A stretch of DNA of 64,000 nt, from the NCBI GenBank assembly GCA_964016885.1, contig OZ024751.1, positions 41,168,001 through 41,232,000 of the forward strand. The letters run 5' to 3'. The position numbers were made by a program, and so were the translations under genes. The notes under the pieces are model-generated. The model was not told where the DNA came from, searched no databases, and saw nothing but the letters and a program-made list of their open reading frames with translations. Below, in pieces: positions 1-14,416 of this stretch; position 1 is the stretch's first letter, and every line of letters begins with the position of its first letter. The stretch is from Eledone cirrhosa. Its lineage: Eukaryota.

Positions 1-11
1 TATACATACAT

Positions 12-51
<40 letters not shown>

Positions 52-56
52 GTATA

Positions 57-199
<143 letters not shown>

Positions 200-521
200 C
201 ACAACTGTGATAATTGCCTGTTGAACATTCTGCAACTTGAGAATTACGTATTCAACAGTTAGAACAAGTGGAGCTAGATCGATACTTATCAATTGATCTG
301 ATACGATTTCCCTTCTCATTACTTACATATTCCGGTTCTCTTACAAGTCAATAAGTCAATGGACACGATATAATTGATAATAAACCAATATTCCAATTGT
401 CAAGGGAGGGAGCCTACAACGATGGCGTGGAGTCTCTTTAGACTTAATAAACTAGATAAGAACGAACCATGTTGCACTGTCATTAATGTAGAAGATAGCT
501 TCAAGCTGTTCACGTATCATA

Positions 522-716
522 TACGAGAGTTGGCTGGTTTATAGGCTGACTATGAAGGATTGATGCTAGAGCTGTGAAATCTTGCATGCATTAATTTCAA
601 CTCTTCTTATTAATAAATGCATTGTTTCTTTCCAGGGACTATGTTGAAAAATAAACCACATTTGGTCAATCCATGAGAGTATCTTGGTCAGCCTATGAAC
701 TTTTCAAGCGGCCATA
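522..716. mobile_element. Mariner-like non-autonomous DNA element (MITE); related copies at ~3335-3638 (internal duplication), ~33990-34185 and a terminus at ~42622-42655
   Basis: Imperfect TIRs TACGAGAGTTGGCTG..TATAGGCTGAC / GTCAGCCTATGAACTTTTCA; internal block TGCATGCATTAATTTCAACTCTTCTTATTAATAA recurs in the other copies; the TA-flanked TACGAG terminus is mariner-like. Confidence 0.6.
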
Positions 717-1031
717 TTGAATCCTTTTTTTAAAGGGGAATTTCATGTAAGAAGAAGACACAGTAAGAGAGAAAACTGGGGTCTAGCGACTGTCCCTCTC
801 CACCCCCTCTCATTCTTTCGTTCCTTGATCCTCCCTTCTTTTTCTTCTTTTCTCTACCACCAGCACCAGCACCACCACCACCACCACCATTAGCATCTGA
901 CCACTGTCACTACCATCATTACGATCATTACCACAACCACTGCTACCACTACAACCATCACCTGACCACCACCACCACTACCACGACCACCACTACCATC
1001 ACCACCACCATCTGACCACCACCACCAGGGT

Positions 1032-2155
1032 AGGGGAACATTTAGTCGTATGTGTGAAAACCGCCTGTATTTTTCTGACAACGTTTACATCAAATGGGCA
1101 GCTGATCTCCACAACAGAACACGTTTTCAATGTGCGGTCCCAAACAACAATATCAGGCCGGTTTGCTTTAATTTGGTGGCAGTTTTTATTTTCAGGTTCC
1201 ACCAATATTCCTTAGTGCCATCTGTCTCAATATATTCTTCCTCGTTTGTTGTTAATTTTGTTTTCCGAAGTGCGTTCCAGATAGTTCTAGCTATCCCATC
1301 GTGTCTCATGGGGAGGTAGTAGCGAGATGACATTCTTTCGCAGCTGGCAACAATGTGGCTTACATCCTCGATCTTTGTTTTACATAGCCTACATTTACTG
1401 TCAGCTGATGGCCTTCCTCTTTTGTGCAGCAGATATTTGGTAGGGAGTTCTTGTCCCTGTATTGCATAGAGATATCCCTCAAGGTGTGATGTCATAAACT
1501 TGTCGGAACTCCATGCCAGGCTTTTTGAGTGGTTTATCCCCCTCTATGGTCTTTGTTTTACATCTCAAGTATCCATGCACAACTTTTTCTGTAAATTGGT
1601 CAATTTTTTCATCTTGTTTGAACATTGAATAGGATCTTCCGATTTCTCTGGGTGAGAGATTTATATCAGACTTTATTCCATATCTCTCCTCCAGATCAGT
1701 GGCTATCCTAATGATATTTTTTTTTCATGCTCATAAACCTGGGCAAGATGGTTGCCAACCTTTTTCCTCTGTTGAAGATGTGGCTTCTGTGTTACTATCC
1801 GGGTCTCATATGATGTTAATATGGATTTTAGACCCCGGCCACCTTCCTTGCGTGAGAAGTATAGCCTATCCACATCACCATTGATGTTAAAGTTCCCAGT
1901 AACACTGAGAAGTTTGCGAGTTCTAACATCCATCTTACTTAGTTCTTGCAATGACCAGTTCAGCAGGCCAAATGTTGGCGTTAGAATTGGCACAGTATAA
2001 GTATTGTGGGCAATGTATTTGTTGTACGCTGACAGTTCTAATGACCATATTTTCTTTACTCTTCTGAGGTATTCAGTTCTGGTTCTCTCCTTATTTATGG
2101 GTCCATCATATCTGACATTCTCATCCTGTCCAAGATATCTGTAGTTGTCACCTGT
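1032..2155 (-). mobile_element. Decayed non-LTR retrotransposon, RLE clade (R4/Dong-like): RT C-terminus, CCHC knuckle, restriction-like endonuclease
   Basis: Frameshifted minus-strand fragments in order: YRYLG (~2130); DRLYFSRKEGGRGL (ORF 1703-1993); CRLCKTKIEDVSHIVASC and RHD (ORF 1127-1495); KANRPDIVVWD..VVEISCP, a PD-(D/E)xK-type motif (ORF 999-1205). Confidence 0.88.
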
Positions 2156-2233
2156 AGTATGTATGTATGTATGTATGTATGTATGTATGTATGTATGTAT
2201 GTATGTATGTATGTATGTATGTATGTATGCATC

Positions 2234-2640
2234 ATCGGGAGAGATGACTCCTTAGCCTTTGTCAAGGCAGAATTCTAGGAGAAGGAAAACTCTGATATAA
2301 CACCTGCAACCCTGATGGTATCCAATGATGTTGACTTGTTCTTCTTTTTGGCAAATATCATCTTGGTGAAGAGAGTGGGACTGGCTTTGTGCAGTGCCTT
2401 TGCTCACTATAAAAGCTTCACGGCACAGGCATTGCTTTATATCTGGAGATCTCTCTGCACTTGTCGTCACATGGTACCATGGGCCCAGCACTATGTGTCA
2501 ATAATTGTCACAAGTGTTTGTACCAGAGTTTTCAAGTCGCTGGCTGGACGAAAAAGCCATACTCGTTCAGCGCATCGGTAGGGGTTCTCCTACATGGATA
2601 TAAAGTAGTGGCCGTACTCGAAAACGAGTTGGCAGCCACC
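2234..2640 (+). mobile_element. 5'-truncated copy of a non-coding retroelement (RTE-like UTR-derived), inserted in (TATG)n
   Basis: Near-identical to 19048-19457; contains CTAGGAGAAGGAAAACTCTGA (recalled RTE 5'-UTR-like motif) and a 3' stem-loop ACTCG-AAAA-CGAGT; flanked by ATGT repeats. Confidence 0.6.
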
Positions 2641-2857
2641 ATGTATGTATGTCTCCTGCTTCGTTGGTTCAAGTGGACGTCACTCGGTCACAGGTGACAT
2701 TCACCTGAGATGTCAGGTATTCTTCAGTAAAAGTGAGATGAGCTGATGTAAGGTACAATAACGATAACGACACACCAAACAACCTCTTATCTACCACAGA
2801 GAGAGAGAGGGAGAGGGAGAGGGAGAGGGAGAGGGAGAGAGAGAGAGACGCACATAC

Positions 2858-3253
2858 GTTGTGAGGGTGGTGGTGGTTGTGAGGGTGGTAGTGGTGGTGG
2901 TAGTTGTGAGGGTGGTGGTGGTTGTGAGGGTGGTAGTGGTAGTGGTGGTGGTATTTGTGAGGGTGGTGGTGGTTGTGAGGGTGGTAGTGGTGGTGGTAGT
3001 GGTGGTGATAGTTGTGAGGGTGGTGGTGGTTGTGAGGGTGGTAGTGGTAGTGGTGGTGGTATTTGTGAGGGTGGTGGTGGTTGTGAGGGTGGTGGTGGTG
3101 GTGGTGGTGGTATTTGTGAGGGTGGTGGTGGTTGTGAGGGTGGTAGTGGTGGTGGTAGTTGTGAGGGTGGTGGTGGTTGTGGTAGTGGTGGTGATAGTTG
3201 TGAGGGTGGTTGTGGTTGTGAGGGTAGTAGTAGTAGTGGTTGTGGTGGTTGTG
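2858..3253. repeat. Compound (GGT/GTA/GAG) trinucleotide-based repeat
   Basis: Recurrent GTTGTGAGGGTGGTGGTG units; the His/Thr/Val-rich ORFs here are repeat translations. Confidence 0.9.
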
Positions 3254-3865
3254 AGCAAGATAATTGGATAACATCTATGAGCTTGGCTGGTCACGCTTGG
3301 AGATCCAGCCGGATCAGTTGGAGACGGGCGGTTCCTTCTCATGGAATGATCAAATGAGGTTTATTTTTCAACATAGTCTCTGAAAAGAAACAATGCAGTT
3401 ATTAATAAGAAGAGTTGAAATTAATGCATGCAAGATTTCACAGCTCTAGCATCATTCCTTCATAGGCTGACCAAGATACTGTCATGGAATGACCAAAAAG
3501 GTTTATTTTTCAACAAATAACCTGAAAAGAAACAATGCAATTATTAATAAGAAGAGTTGAAATTAATACGTGCAAGATTTCACAGCTCTAACATCACTCC
3601 TTCATAGTCAGACTCTGAACTTTTCAGCTGGCCTTCGCAAAAGATTAAAAGAGCTTGAAGCTAACACTTAACAACCCCTGCCGCATGAAGTCGCATTAGC
3701 ACTACATTCTTGAAATATACAACTCAGCAATATGACTGCATCGTTAAAAGTTAAAATATTTAACACTGCAGATTTTCATGACAATCTATCCGTTAGCTAA
3801 GATATATTAGAATTAACTAACCTGTTTTATTTATTATTATTTCAGATATATTTATTATTTCAGAT

Positions 3866-4232
3866 CTGACGCCATGCTTTGCAGCATAGAGTTACGGCCC
3901 TTTACGGTCTGAGTTCAAATCCCGCCGAGGTTAACTTTGCCTTTCATCCTTACGGGGTCGATAAAATAAAGTACCAGTAATGTACTGGCTATTGCTGGTC
4001 TTATACCCAAAGTAGAAACAATTATATTATATATAAGGGCGGTGGATTGGCAGTATCGGTAGAGCGCTGGACACCATGCTTTGCAGCATAGAGCTGTGGC
4101 CCTTTACAGTCTGAATTCAAATCCCTTCGAGGTTAACTTTGCCTTTCATCCTTACGAGGTCGATAAAATAAAGCACCAGTAATAAACTGGGGTCGATTTA
4201 ATCGAATTTTCCCTCGCCCCAAATTGCTGGCC
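3866..4232 (+). mobile_element. Two tandem tRNA-derived SINEs (Nin/Deu-domain-like family)
   Basis: A-box TGGCAGTATCGGTAGAGCG, B-box GAGTTCAAATCCC, central GCCTTTCATCCTTACGGGGTCGATAAAATAAAGTACCAG; about 25 copies in the window. Confidence 0.85.
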
Positions 4233-4499
4233 ATCTAGCAGATGACGTTAGGGGGACTGACAACCACACAACAACTCTTTAAGGGTGTAATTATCTTTAC
4301 ATTAGGAAGTGTGCATAGCTAAAACCTTTACAAGAGTCCCAAAGATATAGGAGGCGCGTGAACCATAAGGTCGTGGATTCGATTCTTGGACTGGGTTGTG
4401 TGTTGCGTTCTTGAAGACACAGAGAGACTTGACTCGTGATCGAACAGCTCTTGAACGCCAGGAGAAACAATTGGTGAGTTGTATTGTAATGTTTGGTAA

Positions 4500-4760
4500 A
4501 AGCATGTGGCCTAGTGGTAAGGGTGTTGGACTTATGATCATGGTGTTGTGGGTTTGATTCCTAGGCTGGGCTGCATGTTGTGTTCTTGAACAAAACACTT
4601 CATTTCACGTTGCTTCAGTATACTCAGCTGAAAATAAGTACCAGAAATAGCTGGAGGTTTAACCCTACGACGGGCTGGTTTCCTGTCCATGGGGCAGTCT
4701 TGTACTCTCAGTCGGGATAAGTACCGGCCTAATGAGCCTCCAGACTCGAGACAGACGTTA
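4500..4760 (+). mobile_element. tRNA-derived CORE-type SINE
   Basis: TGGCCTAGTGGTAAGG A-box, GGTTTGATTCC B-box, GTGTTCTTGAACAAAACACTT CORE-like block; homologous to 51190-51462. Confidence 0.75.
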
Positions 4761-5253
4761 GACAACGATATAATACGCCAATAGTTAGTGGATGATAAAC
4801 GCCAGTTTCGAGAGACACTCAGGCCCGTCGTCATGTTTTTGTATTGTGGGTAAGTGTGGATGTTTGGCTTCTGAACCTTCAGGGTGGACACTTTAATTCG
4901 CAAATGGAGTTCTAAAATGGAGTTTCGGGAAAATAAACATATCCCTGTAATATTTCTTCTAAATCAATCTGAAAAGCAGGGATGAGGGTGGGCAGGAATG
5001 GGGTTGGGTGGCGCTGGGTGGCGGTGGGTTGGCACGAGGCTGGCTGTGTCATCTTGTGTCCACCTCCTCCCCACTACTTTGGTGACGGGGTCGGTCGGTC
5101 CCGGGAGTGACTTCACAAAAAAAGTTGGGCTTTTTTCCGACAGTACGTATCGAACACGGAAAATGTTAGTGCTATTGCTGTTGTTGTTGCTACTACTGCT
5201 GTTGCTGATACTGTTATTGCTGCTACGGTTACTGTTAGTGGTGTTCTTGCTCT

Positions 5254-5299
<46 letters not shown>

Positions 5300-5692
5300 G
5301 TTTACAGCAATGGATTACTTATGCTTCTGTACCTGTATGACAGTTAAGTAAGACTTCATCTTGCAGAGTTGTCTTGTCAAAGTAGACTGTGCGGTGCCAC
5401 ACAGAAGATATCGAGATATGATCTGGAAGTTCCTCCACTTATTCTCCACTACCTTTCCGACTCGCACCCCTGTACTCCTCGGTATGTATAGCTACATTTC
5501 CATTATTACTCTTTTACTCTTTTACTTACTCCGGTCAGCAGGCAGCGGCCATTCCGGGGCACCACTTTGATTTAGTTGATCATACACTTTTGTTTTTCTC
5601 ACTGTGTTTTTTTTTTTTTTCTTGTCAAGTCTGGTACTGAACATATCAATCTCTTTTTGTTGAACCGCTAAGTCATAGGACATAAACACAAA

Positions 5693-5742
<50 letters not shown>

Positions 5743-5755
5743 TCTCTCTCTCTTT

Positions 5756-5808
<53 letters not shown>

Positions 5809-5928
5809 CTATATAGATATGTATATATATATTTACATGCATATAATGTATATATATATTTACATGCATATAATGTATATATATATTTACATGTATATAA
5901 TGTATATATATATATTTACATGTATATA

Positions 5929-6116
<188 letters not shown>

Positions 6117-6135
6117 GTATATATATATGTATATA

Positions 6136-6266
<131 letters not shown>

Positions 6267-6294
6267 ATATATATATATATATGCATACATATAC

Positions 6295-6462
6295 GCAGCG
6301 GGCGTCTGCAGTTTCAGTTTACCAAATTCCACTCACAAGGCATCGGTCAACCCGATTCTTATAGTAGCAGGCATTTATCCCAAGGGGTCACTACACAGCA
6401 GGAGGACTGAACACAGAACCAACTGGCTGGGAAGAGAACTCCTTAACCACTCAACCATACCT
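6295..6462 (-). mobile_element. Degenerate tRNA-derived SINE (further family)
   Basis: Minus strand reads TGGTTGAGTGGTTAAG...GTTCAGTCC...CCTTGTGAGTGGAATTTGGTAAACTGAAACTG. Confidence 0.55.
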
Positions 6463-6839
6463 TGGCATGGTTGGTTGAGTGGTTTAGTAATATCCTCTTC
6501 TATCTTTTATGCCCCATAACTCCCTTTAAAGTCGCAGGGGCACTGTATTGTATACGGCGTTTCTAGGGCCTTAATAAAAACCCCGGTTGAGCCCATCTTC
6601 TCCCTAGTTCTAATTTAGTGACTTACAATAATCAAAGATGCATGAAATATTAACAGTTTATGATCTTTGAAGGTATTTTATACTTCATTACACGCCATTA
6701 CAGCTCGCTTCACTTGATTTGACTTCACTTCTACCATCAATCCTTTTCATCTTCATTCAAATGAAATATATATTTATATGAATAGTATTGTTGATTGATT
6801 TTACAGTATTACATGGTGTATTACTGGTACATTGCACAG

Positions 6840-7109
6840 GCGCACACATATATATATATACATGCATATACACGGGAACATACATACATACGCACAGACA
6901 CAGGCATATACATGTACACGAAACACACACACATACACATATACACGGACTCATATATATATATACACACACATATATATACATACATGCACGCAGACAC
7001 TCATACATATATATACAAAGACACATACATACATACATACGTACATATACAAAGACACATACATACATATACACGGACGCATACATACATACATACATAC
7101 ATACATACA

Positions 7110-7141
<32 letters not shown>

Positions 7142-7825
7142 AGAATATAAGAAATATAGATACATACTTGCACACTTATATAGAGGAGTACGCACGTAAA
7201 CTCACATGCATATATACACACAGACTTTCACATGCACACGCGCTCATTCTCTCACACACACACATACACATACACTCACACATACACACATACGCTCACA
7301 CACATACACAGACACATACTGCTGTGCACGTACACACACACACCTAGCCTTGGCAACTCATCACACATGTACAATGCACGCCCAGTGTATTGTACAGCAT
7401 GTAATTACTATTAGCAGTTAACATAGAGAGACCACATACACAGACACACACACAGACACACACAGACACACACACACACAGACACCCACACACACACACA
7501 TACACACACACACACATACAGACACACACACACACAGACACCCACACACACACACACACACACACATACACACACACAGACACACACAGACAGGCACACA
7601 CACATATACACACACACACACAGACACACACACACACACACATACACACACACATACACACATACACATACACATACAGACACACAGACATACACACACA
7701 CATATACACACACACAGACACACACATACCCCCCACACACATACCCCCACACACACATACACACATACACAGACACGTACACACGCACACATACACACAC
7801 ACATACACAGACACACACACATACA

Positions 7826-7884
<59 letters not shown>

Positions 7885-8005
7885 TCAAACATACACAGAC
7901 ACACGCACACATATACACACACACAGAGACACGCACACACACTCACATACACACAAACATACACAGACACATGCACACATACACACACACACACACCAAC
8001 ACGGC
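6840..8005. repeat. Degenerate (CA)n/(CATA)n low-complexity tract
   Basis: Direct inspection. Confidence 0.9.
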
Positions 8006-8292
8006 ACATTTTTTTGTGTGGACGGGGGAGGAGGAGTTGATTAAATCGACCCCATTGTGTTACTGGTACTTTATTTTATCGAGCCCATAAGGATGAAAGG
8101 CAAAGCTAGTCTCGGTGGGATTTGAACTCAGAAAGTAAAGGGCTGCTACTCTATGCCGCAAAGTAGACAACACTATGGTATATAAACTAAATATTAATGT
8201 AAACAGGGCTGGATTGACCATTAAGCAAAATAAGCCTATGTTTAGGGCATCACAGGGAGAGGGCACCCTTTTACTCAAATGTCATTCCAAAA

Positions 8293-8482
8293 ATAATTGT
8301 TTCTACTTTAGGCACAAGGCCAGCAATTACCCAGTGCATTACTGGTACTTTATTTTATCGACCCCGTAAGGATGAAAGACAAAGTCAACCTCGGCGGGAT
8401 TTGAACTCAGATCGTAAAGGGACGTAACTATGCTGGAAAGCATGGCGTCCAACCCTCTACCGATACTGCCAATCCACCGCCA
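8293..8482 (-). mobile_element. Nin/Deu-like SINE; further minus copies at ~8020-8160, 15210-15392, 24405-24515, 30145-30331, 33190-33308, 39232-39425, 45925-46125, 48250-48400
   Basis: Reverse complement of the family consensus, including A and B boxes. Confidence 0.85.
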
Positions 8483-8515
8483 TACCGTCATTCCAAAAAT
8501 AATGTTTTATATATA

Positions 8516-9890
8516 AGGCAGCTAATTGGCAGAGTTGTTAGAACGTCGGATAGAATGGTAGAGTGGTTAGAACGTCGGATAGAATGGCAGAGTCGTTAGA
8601 ACGTCGGATAGAATGGTAGAGTCGTTAGAACGTCGGATAGAATGGTAGAGTGGTTAGAACGTCAGATAGAATGGCAGAGTCGTTACAACGTCGGATAGAA
8701 TAGTAGAGTGGTTAGAACGTCAGATAGAATGGTAGAGTGGTTAGAACGTCAGATAGAATGGTAGAGTCGTTAGAACGTCAGATAGAATGGCAGAGTCGTT
8801 AGAACGTCAGATAGAATGGCAGAGTCGTTACAACGTCGGATAGAATAGTAGAGTGGTTAGAACGTCAGATAGAATGGTAGAGTGGTTAGAACGTCGGATA
8901 GAATGGCAGAGTCGTTACAACGTCGGATAGAATAGTAGAGTGGTTAGAACGTCAGATAGAATGGTAGAGTCGTTAGAACGTCAGATAGAATGGCAGAGTC
9001 GTTAGAACGTCAGATAGAATGGCAGAGTCGTTACAACGTCGGATAGAATAGTAGAGTGGTTAGAACGTCAGATAGAATGGTAGAGTGGTTAGAACGTCGG
9101 ATAGAATGGCAGAGTCGTTACAACGTCGGATAGAATAGTAGAGTGGTTAGAACGTCAAATAGAATGGTAGAGTCGTTAGAACGTCGGATAGAATGGTAGA
9201 GTCGTTAGACAGTCAGATAGAATGGTAGAGTGATTAGAACGTCAGATAGAATGGTAGAGTGGTTAGAACGTCGGATAGAATGGTAGAGTCGTTAGAACGT
9301 CAAATAGAATGGTAGAGTGATTAGAACGTCAGATAGAATGGTAGAGTGGTTAGAACGTCGGATAGAATGGCAGAGTCGTTAGAACGTCAGATAGAATGGT
9401 AGAGTCGTTAGAACGTCAGATAGAATGGTAGAGTGGTTAGAACGTCAGATAGAATGGTAGAGTGGTTAGAACGTCGGATAGAATGGCAGAGTCGTTAGAA
9501 CGTCAGATAGAATGGTAGAGTGGTTAGAACGTCGGATAGAATGGCAGAGTGGTTAGAACGTCGGATAGAATGTAGAGTCGTTAGAACGTCGGATAGAATG
9601 GCAGAGTGGTTAGAACGTCGGATAGAATGGTAGAGTCGTTAGAACGTCAGATAGAATGGTAGAGTCGTTAGAACGTCAGATAGAATGGTAGAGTGGTTAG
9701 AACGTCTGATAGAATGGTAGAGTGTTTAGAACGTCTGATAGAATGGTAGGGTGGTTAGAACGTCAGATAGAATGGTTTAGGGTATTAGTTCCAGCTCTCT
9801 GCTCTCTGAGTTCAAATCCCGCCAAGGTCAACTTTGCCTTTTATACGTTCGAGGTTGATAAAAAAAGTACCAGACTTGTACTGGGGTAGA
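8516..9890 (+). mobile_element. SINE whose A-box segment is expanded into a 29-bp minisatellite (~43 units, ~8532-9776)
   Basis: Unit AGAATGGYAGAGTSGTTAGAACGTCRGAT; SINE head upstream; the B-box GAGTTCAAATCCCGCC and family body resume directly after the array. Confidence 0.85.
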
Positions 9891-9937
9891 TTCTTTCTCT
9901 ACATCTCTTTCTCATTTCCCCCTCTCTCACTCTCTCT

Positions 9938-10005
<68 letters not shown>

Positions 10006-10008
<3 letters not shown>

Positions 10009-10190
10009 TGAGATTCTACAGGACTAGAACTGTTTCATTCTTTAGAAATCATCAGGATGATTCTTGATGATTTCTAAAGAATGAAACAGTTCTAGTCCTG
10101 TAGAATCTCATCTATATTAAAACTTTTATACTCTGCAATGTATTGAGTACCTTACTTACTGTGGTTACCTCCGATTCAACCCGGAATAAC

Positions 10191-10196
<6 letters not shown>
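10006..10196. mobile_element. Palindromic hammerhead-bearing element with one-sided tail (family F5)
   Basis: Inverted arms 10006-10113. The + arm reads gattc TTGATGA tttctaaagaat GAA ACAG..CTGT A gaatc; the - arm has CTGATGA. Tail 10114-10196 runs into (TA)n. Confidence 0.75.
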
Positions 10197-10253
<57 letters not shown>

Positions 10254-10282
10254 AAAACCACAGACCCTCCATCTCAACTCTA

Positions 10283-10318
10283 CTTTTGAAAAGCAGAAGA
10301 ACTGCGAAACCGGTAGAG
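10283..10318 (+). ncRNA. Candidate minimal hammerhead ribozyme with U3-A8 core variant (second copy 13679-13714)
   Basis: ctt TTGAAAA gcag-aagaa-ctgc GAA ACCGGT A gag, then AATAAA; palindromic stem III ACCGGT. Confidence 0.55.
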
Positions 10319-10514
10319 GAACCAAATAAATATATATTTTTTTAAAAAATAAGACTCCAGCTGCATTTTCGATTTCATCTTTTTTTCTTTTCTATATATA
10401 TATATATTTATTTAGGCCGACCGTGGTAGAAGTTGCTAAATGTTCGGTCGCCCTCATGTCTCTGATTTTCAGCCCCATGGATTTTCTCTATTATATTCCT
10501 TTGTTATATTTCGA

Positions 10515-10573
10515 ATACCTGATGATGTCAACCGGATTCATACTGAATCCGGTCATTGAAATGATCATAGTAT
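10515..10573 (+). ncRNA. Minimal type I hammerhead ribozyme motif
   Basis: atac CTGATGA [stem II incl. accggattca-tac-tgaatccggt] GAA ATGATCAT A gtat, immediately followed by AATAAA. Confidence 0.8.
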
Positions 10574-10617
10574 AATAAACCTTTTAAGGAATTACACCAG
10601 TCCAGCCTCCTGTTATT

Positions 10618-11797
<1,180 letters not shown>

Positions 11798-11897
11798 GGA
11801 AGTACAGCATATTCGAAGCTCGAGCTGCAGCTAAGCTGACGAAGTACAGCCAAGCACTCGACAAGGTATAAAACCTTAGAGTAATAACATACACTTT

Positions 11898-12655
<758 letters not shown>

Positions 12656-12831
12656 AGATCCCGTTAAAGGTGAAAGCAGCGATTCTTTGCTTAAACTTTA
12701 ATCTGTTATTTTAATAAATTTTTGCTCTAGCGTTCTTATATATTTGATATATATTTATCCTTATCGAGCCCTCTTTGGATTTTAGTCTTCAAATTTATTA
12801 TTATTACTATATATATATATATATATATATA

Positions 12832-13332
12832 TTGATTTAGGTGTCGCAGAAACCCTGTACTGGATTATATCATCATTTCCGAGGGTCCGGGCGAATATTT
12901 CATTTATTTTGTTTGACCCGTTTAGCTAGCCTTGTCTTTTTGGCTTAGGTGGTTGATAGCTTCTTAACCGCCGTCTCAGTTTGTTTGGCCTTTATAACTT
13001 ATATTTATTGCTCTGGTCTCTTTTGGTCCATGGAGCGCTTGCCAGCATAACTCAGATATTGCGTTTCGCTTATTTCTACCCGCCGAAATACGATTCTCGC
13101 TGAATTTATATATATGTCAACATTTATAAAACAAATTTTGCATTTTATCTGATGAGAGCGTACCAAAATTTTGGTACCATTGAAAAATATATATAATAAA
13201 ATAAATATTGTTTCATAAATATAGTTTCCATTTATTAATATCATTGATATTATACTCAAAAAAACTTGTAGAGTGCTTCGAATCTGTTATAAATAAATTT
13301 GTTGAATAACCAACAAATTAAATATCTCTTTG

Positions 13333-13335
<3 letters not shown>
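12832..13335 (+). mobile_element. Longer, non-palindromic copy of hammerhead family F1
   Basis: attttat CTGATGA gagcgtaccaaaattttggtaccatt GAAA..ATA ataaaat at 13142-13202, F1 tail with ACTC..GAGTGCT, ~300 bp of unique upstream sequence, (TA)n on both sides. Confidence 0.7.
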
Positions 13336-13377
<42 letters not shown>

Positions 13378-13780
13378 CAGGAAAGAAGATTGACATGGTT
13401 TGCAATACAAAAAAGGTTTTTAATCTCATTGCTGACAATTGTTTCTCTGAACTGGTAGGTCTAGAGATCGCTATTCGCTTGTTTTCACGTTACTCGATCG
13501 CCAATACAAAATTATAACCAGTCAGTTCTTCGGAGCATGCGAGAATGAATGGAATATACAGGCTACTGTATGAAGTAGTAATGGCATTCAGTTAGAACAA
13601 TAACAACAATTACAACAATGCTAGTAATAAATTATATATATATGTGAGAAAAACCAAAGACCCTCCATCTCAACTCTACTTTTGAAAAACAGAAGAACTG
13701 CGAAACCGGTAAAGGAACCAAATATATATATATATATTTTTTAAATAAGACTCCAGTTGCATTTTCGATTTCATCTTTTT

Positions 13781-13815
<35 letters not shown>

Positions 13816-13818
<3 letters not shown>

Positions 13819-14036
13819 CTAACGATCGACTTTCGTCAAATCGGACCGAGGAAACAGTGTTTCCATTGGTCTTTCCAATTGCTAATACTATCTATCGGTC
13901 GCAACTCCAGGTAGAAGGAGCAACGTGAAATAAAGTGTCTTGCTCAAGGACATAACGCATCGCCCGGTTCAGGAATCGAACTCACAACCTCACGATTGCG
14001 AATCCAGTTCTCTAACCACCCAGCCACACGCCTTCA
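13816..14036 (-). mobile_element. CORE-type SINE with a distinct ~100-bp 3' tail ending in (TA)n; second copy 61366-61551
   Basis: Two near-identical copies join a CORE head (rc of AAGTGTCTTGCTCAAGGAC) to the tail TTCCTAACGATCGACTTTCGTCAAATCGGACC... Confidence 0.7.
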
Positions 14037-14040
14037 CTTC

Positions 14041-14118
<78 letters not shown>

Positions 14119-14295
14119 TTCTTGAAAATATTTTTTGTAAATGTTCGGTCTAGCATTGGCTGTGTGTTCTTGTAAAATACATCATTATATCATAGACGAC
14201 TACAAGAGCAAATGTGTTTGAAAGAAAGATCAAACGCTGCTTTTCTTTGATTCAACTCGCTATGTTCACTGTTAGATACAAATTATACCACGACG

Positions 14296-14416
14296 ATACG
14301 ATACGATACCACACCATACCATACCACACCATACCACATCACACCATACCACACCACACCACACCATACCATACCACACCACACCACACCACACCACACT
14401 ATACCATACCACATCA
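14296..14416. repeat. Pentanucleotide repeat (ACCAT/ACCAC)n
   Basis: Direct inspection. Confidence 0.9.

Noticed and set aside
4037-4125. A/B-box sequences as tRNA genes
   Set aside because: No cloverleaf; they continue into a repeated SINE body in many copies.
11833-11882. CTGACGA on the + strand as a hammerhead
   Set aside because: Has GACA instead of GAAA and no stem I; better explained as the minus-strand tail motif.
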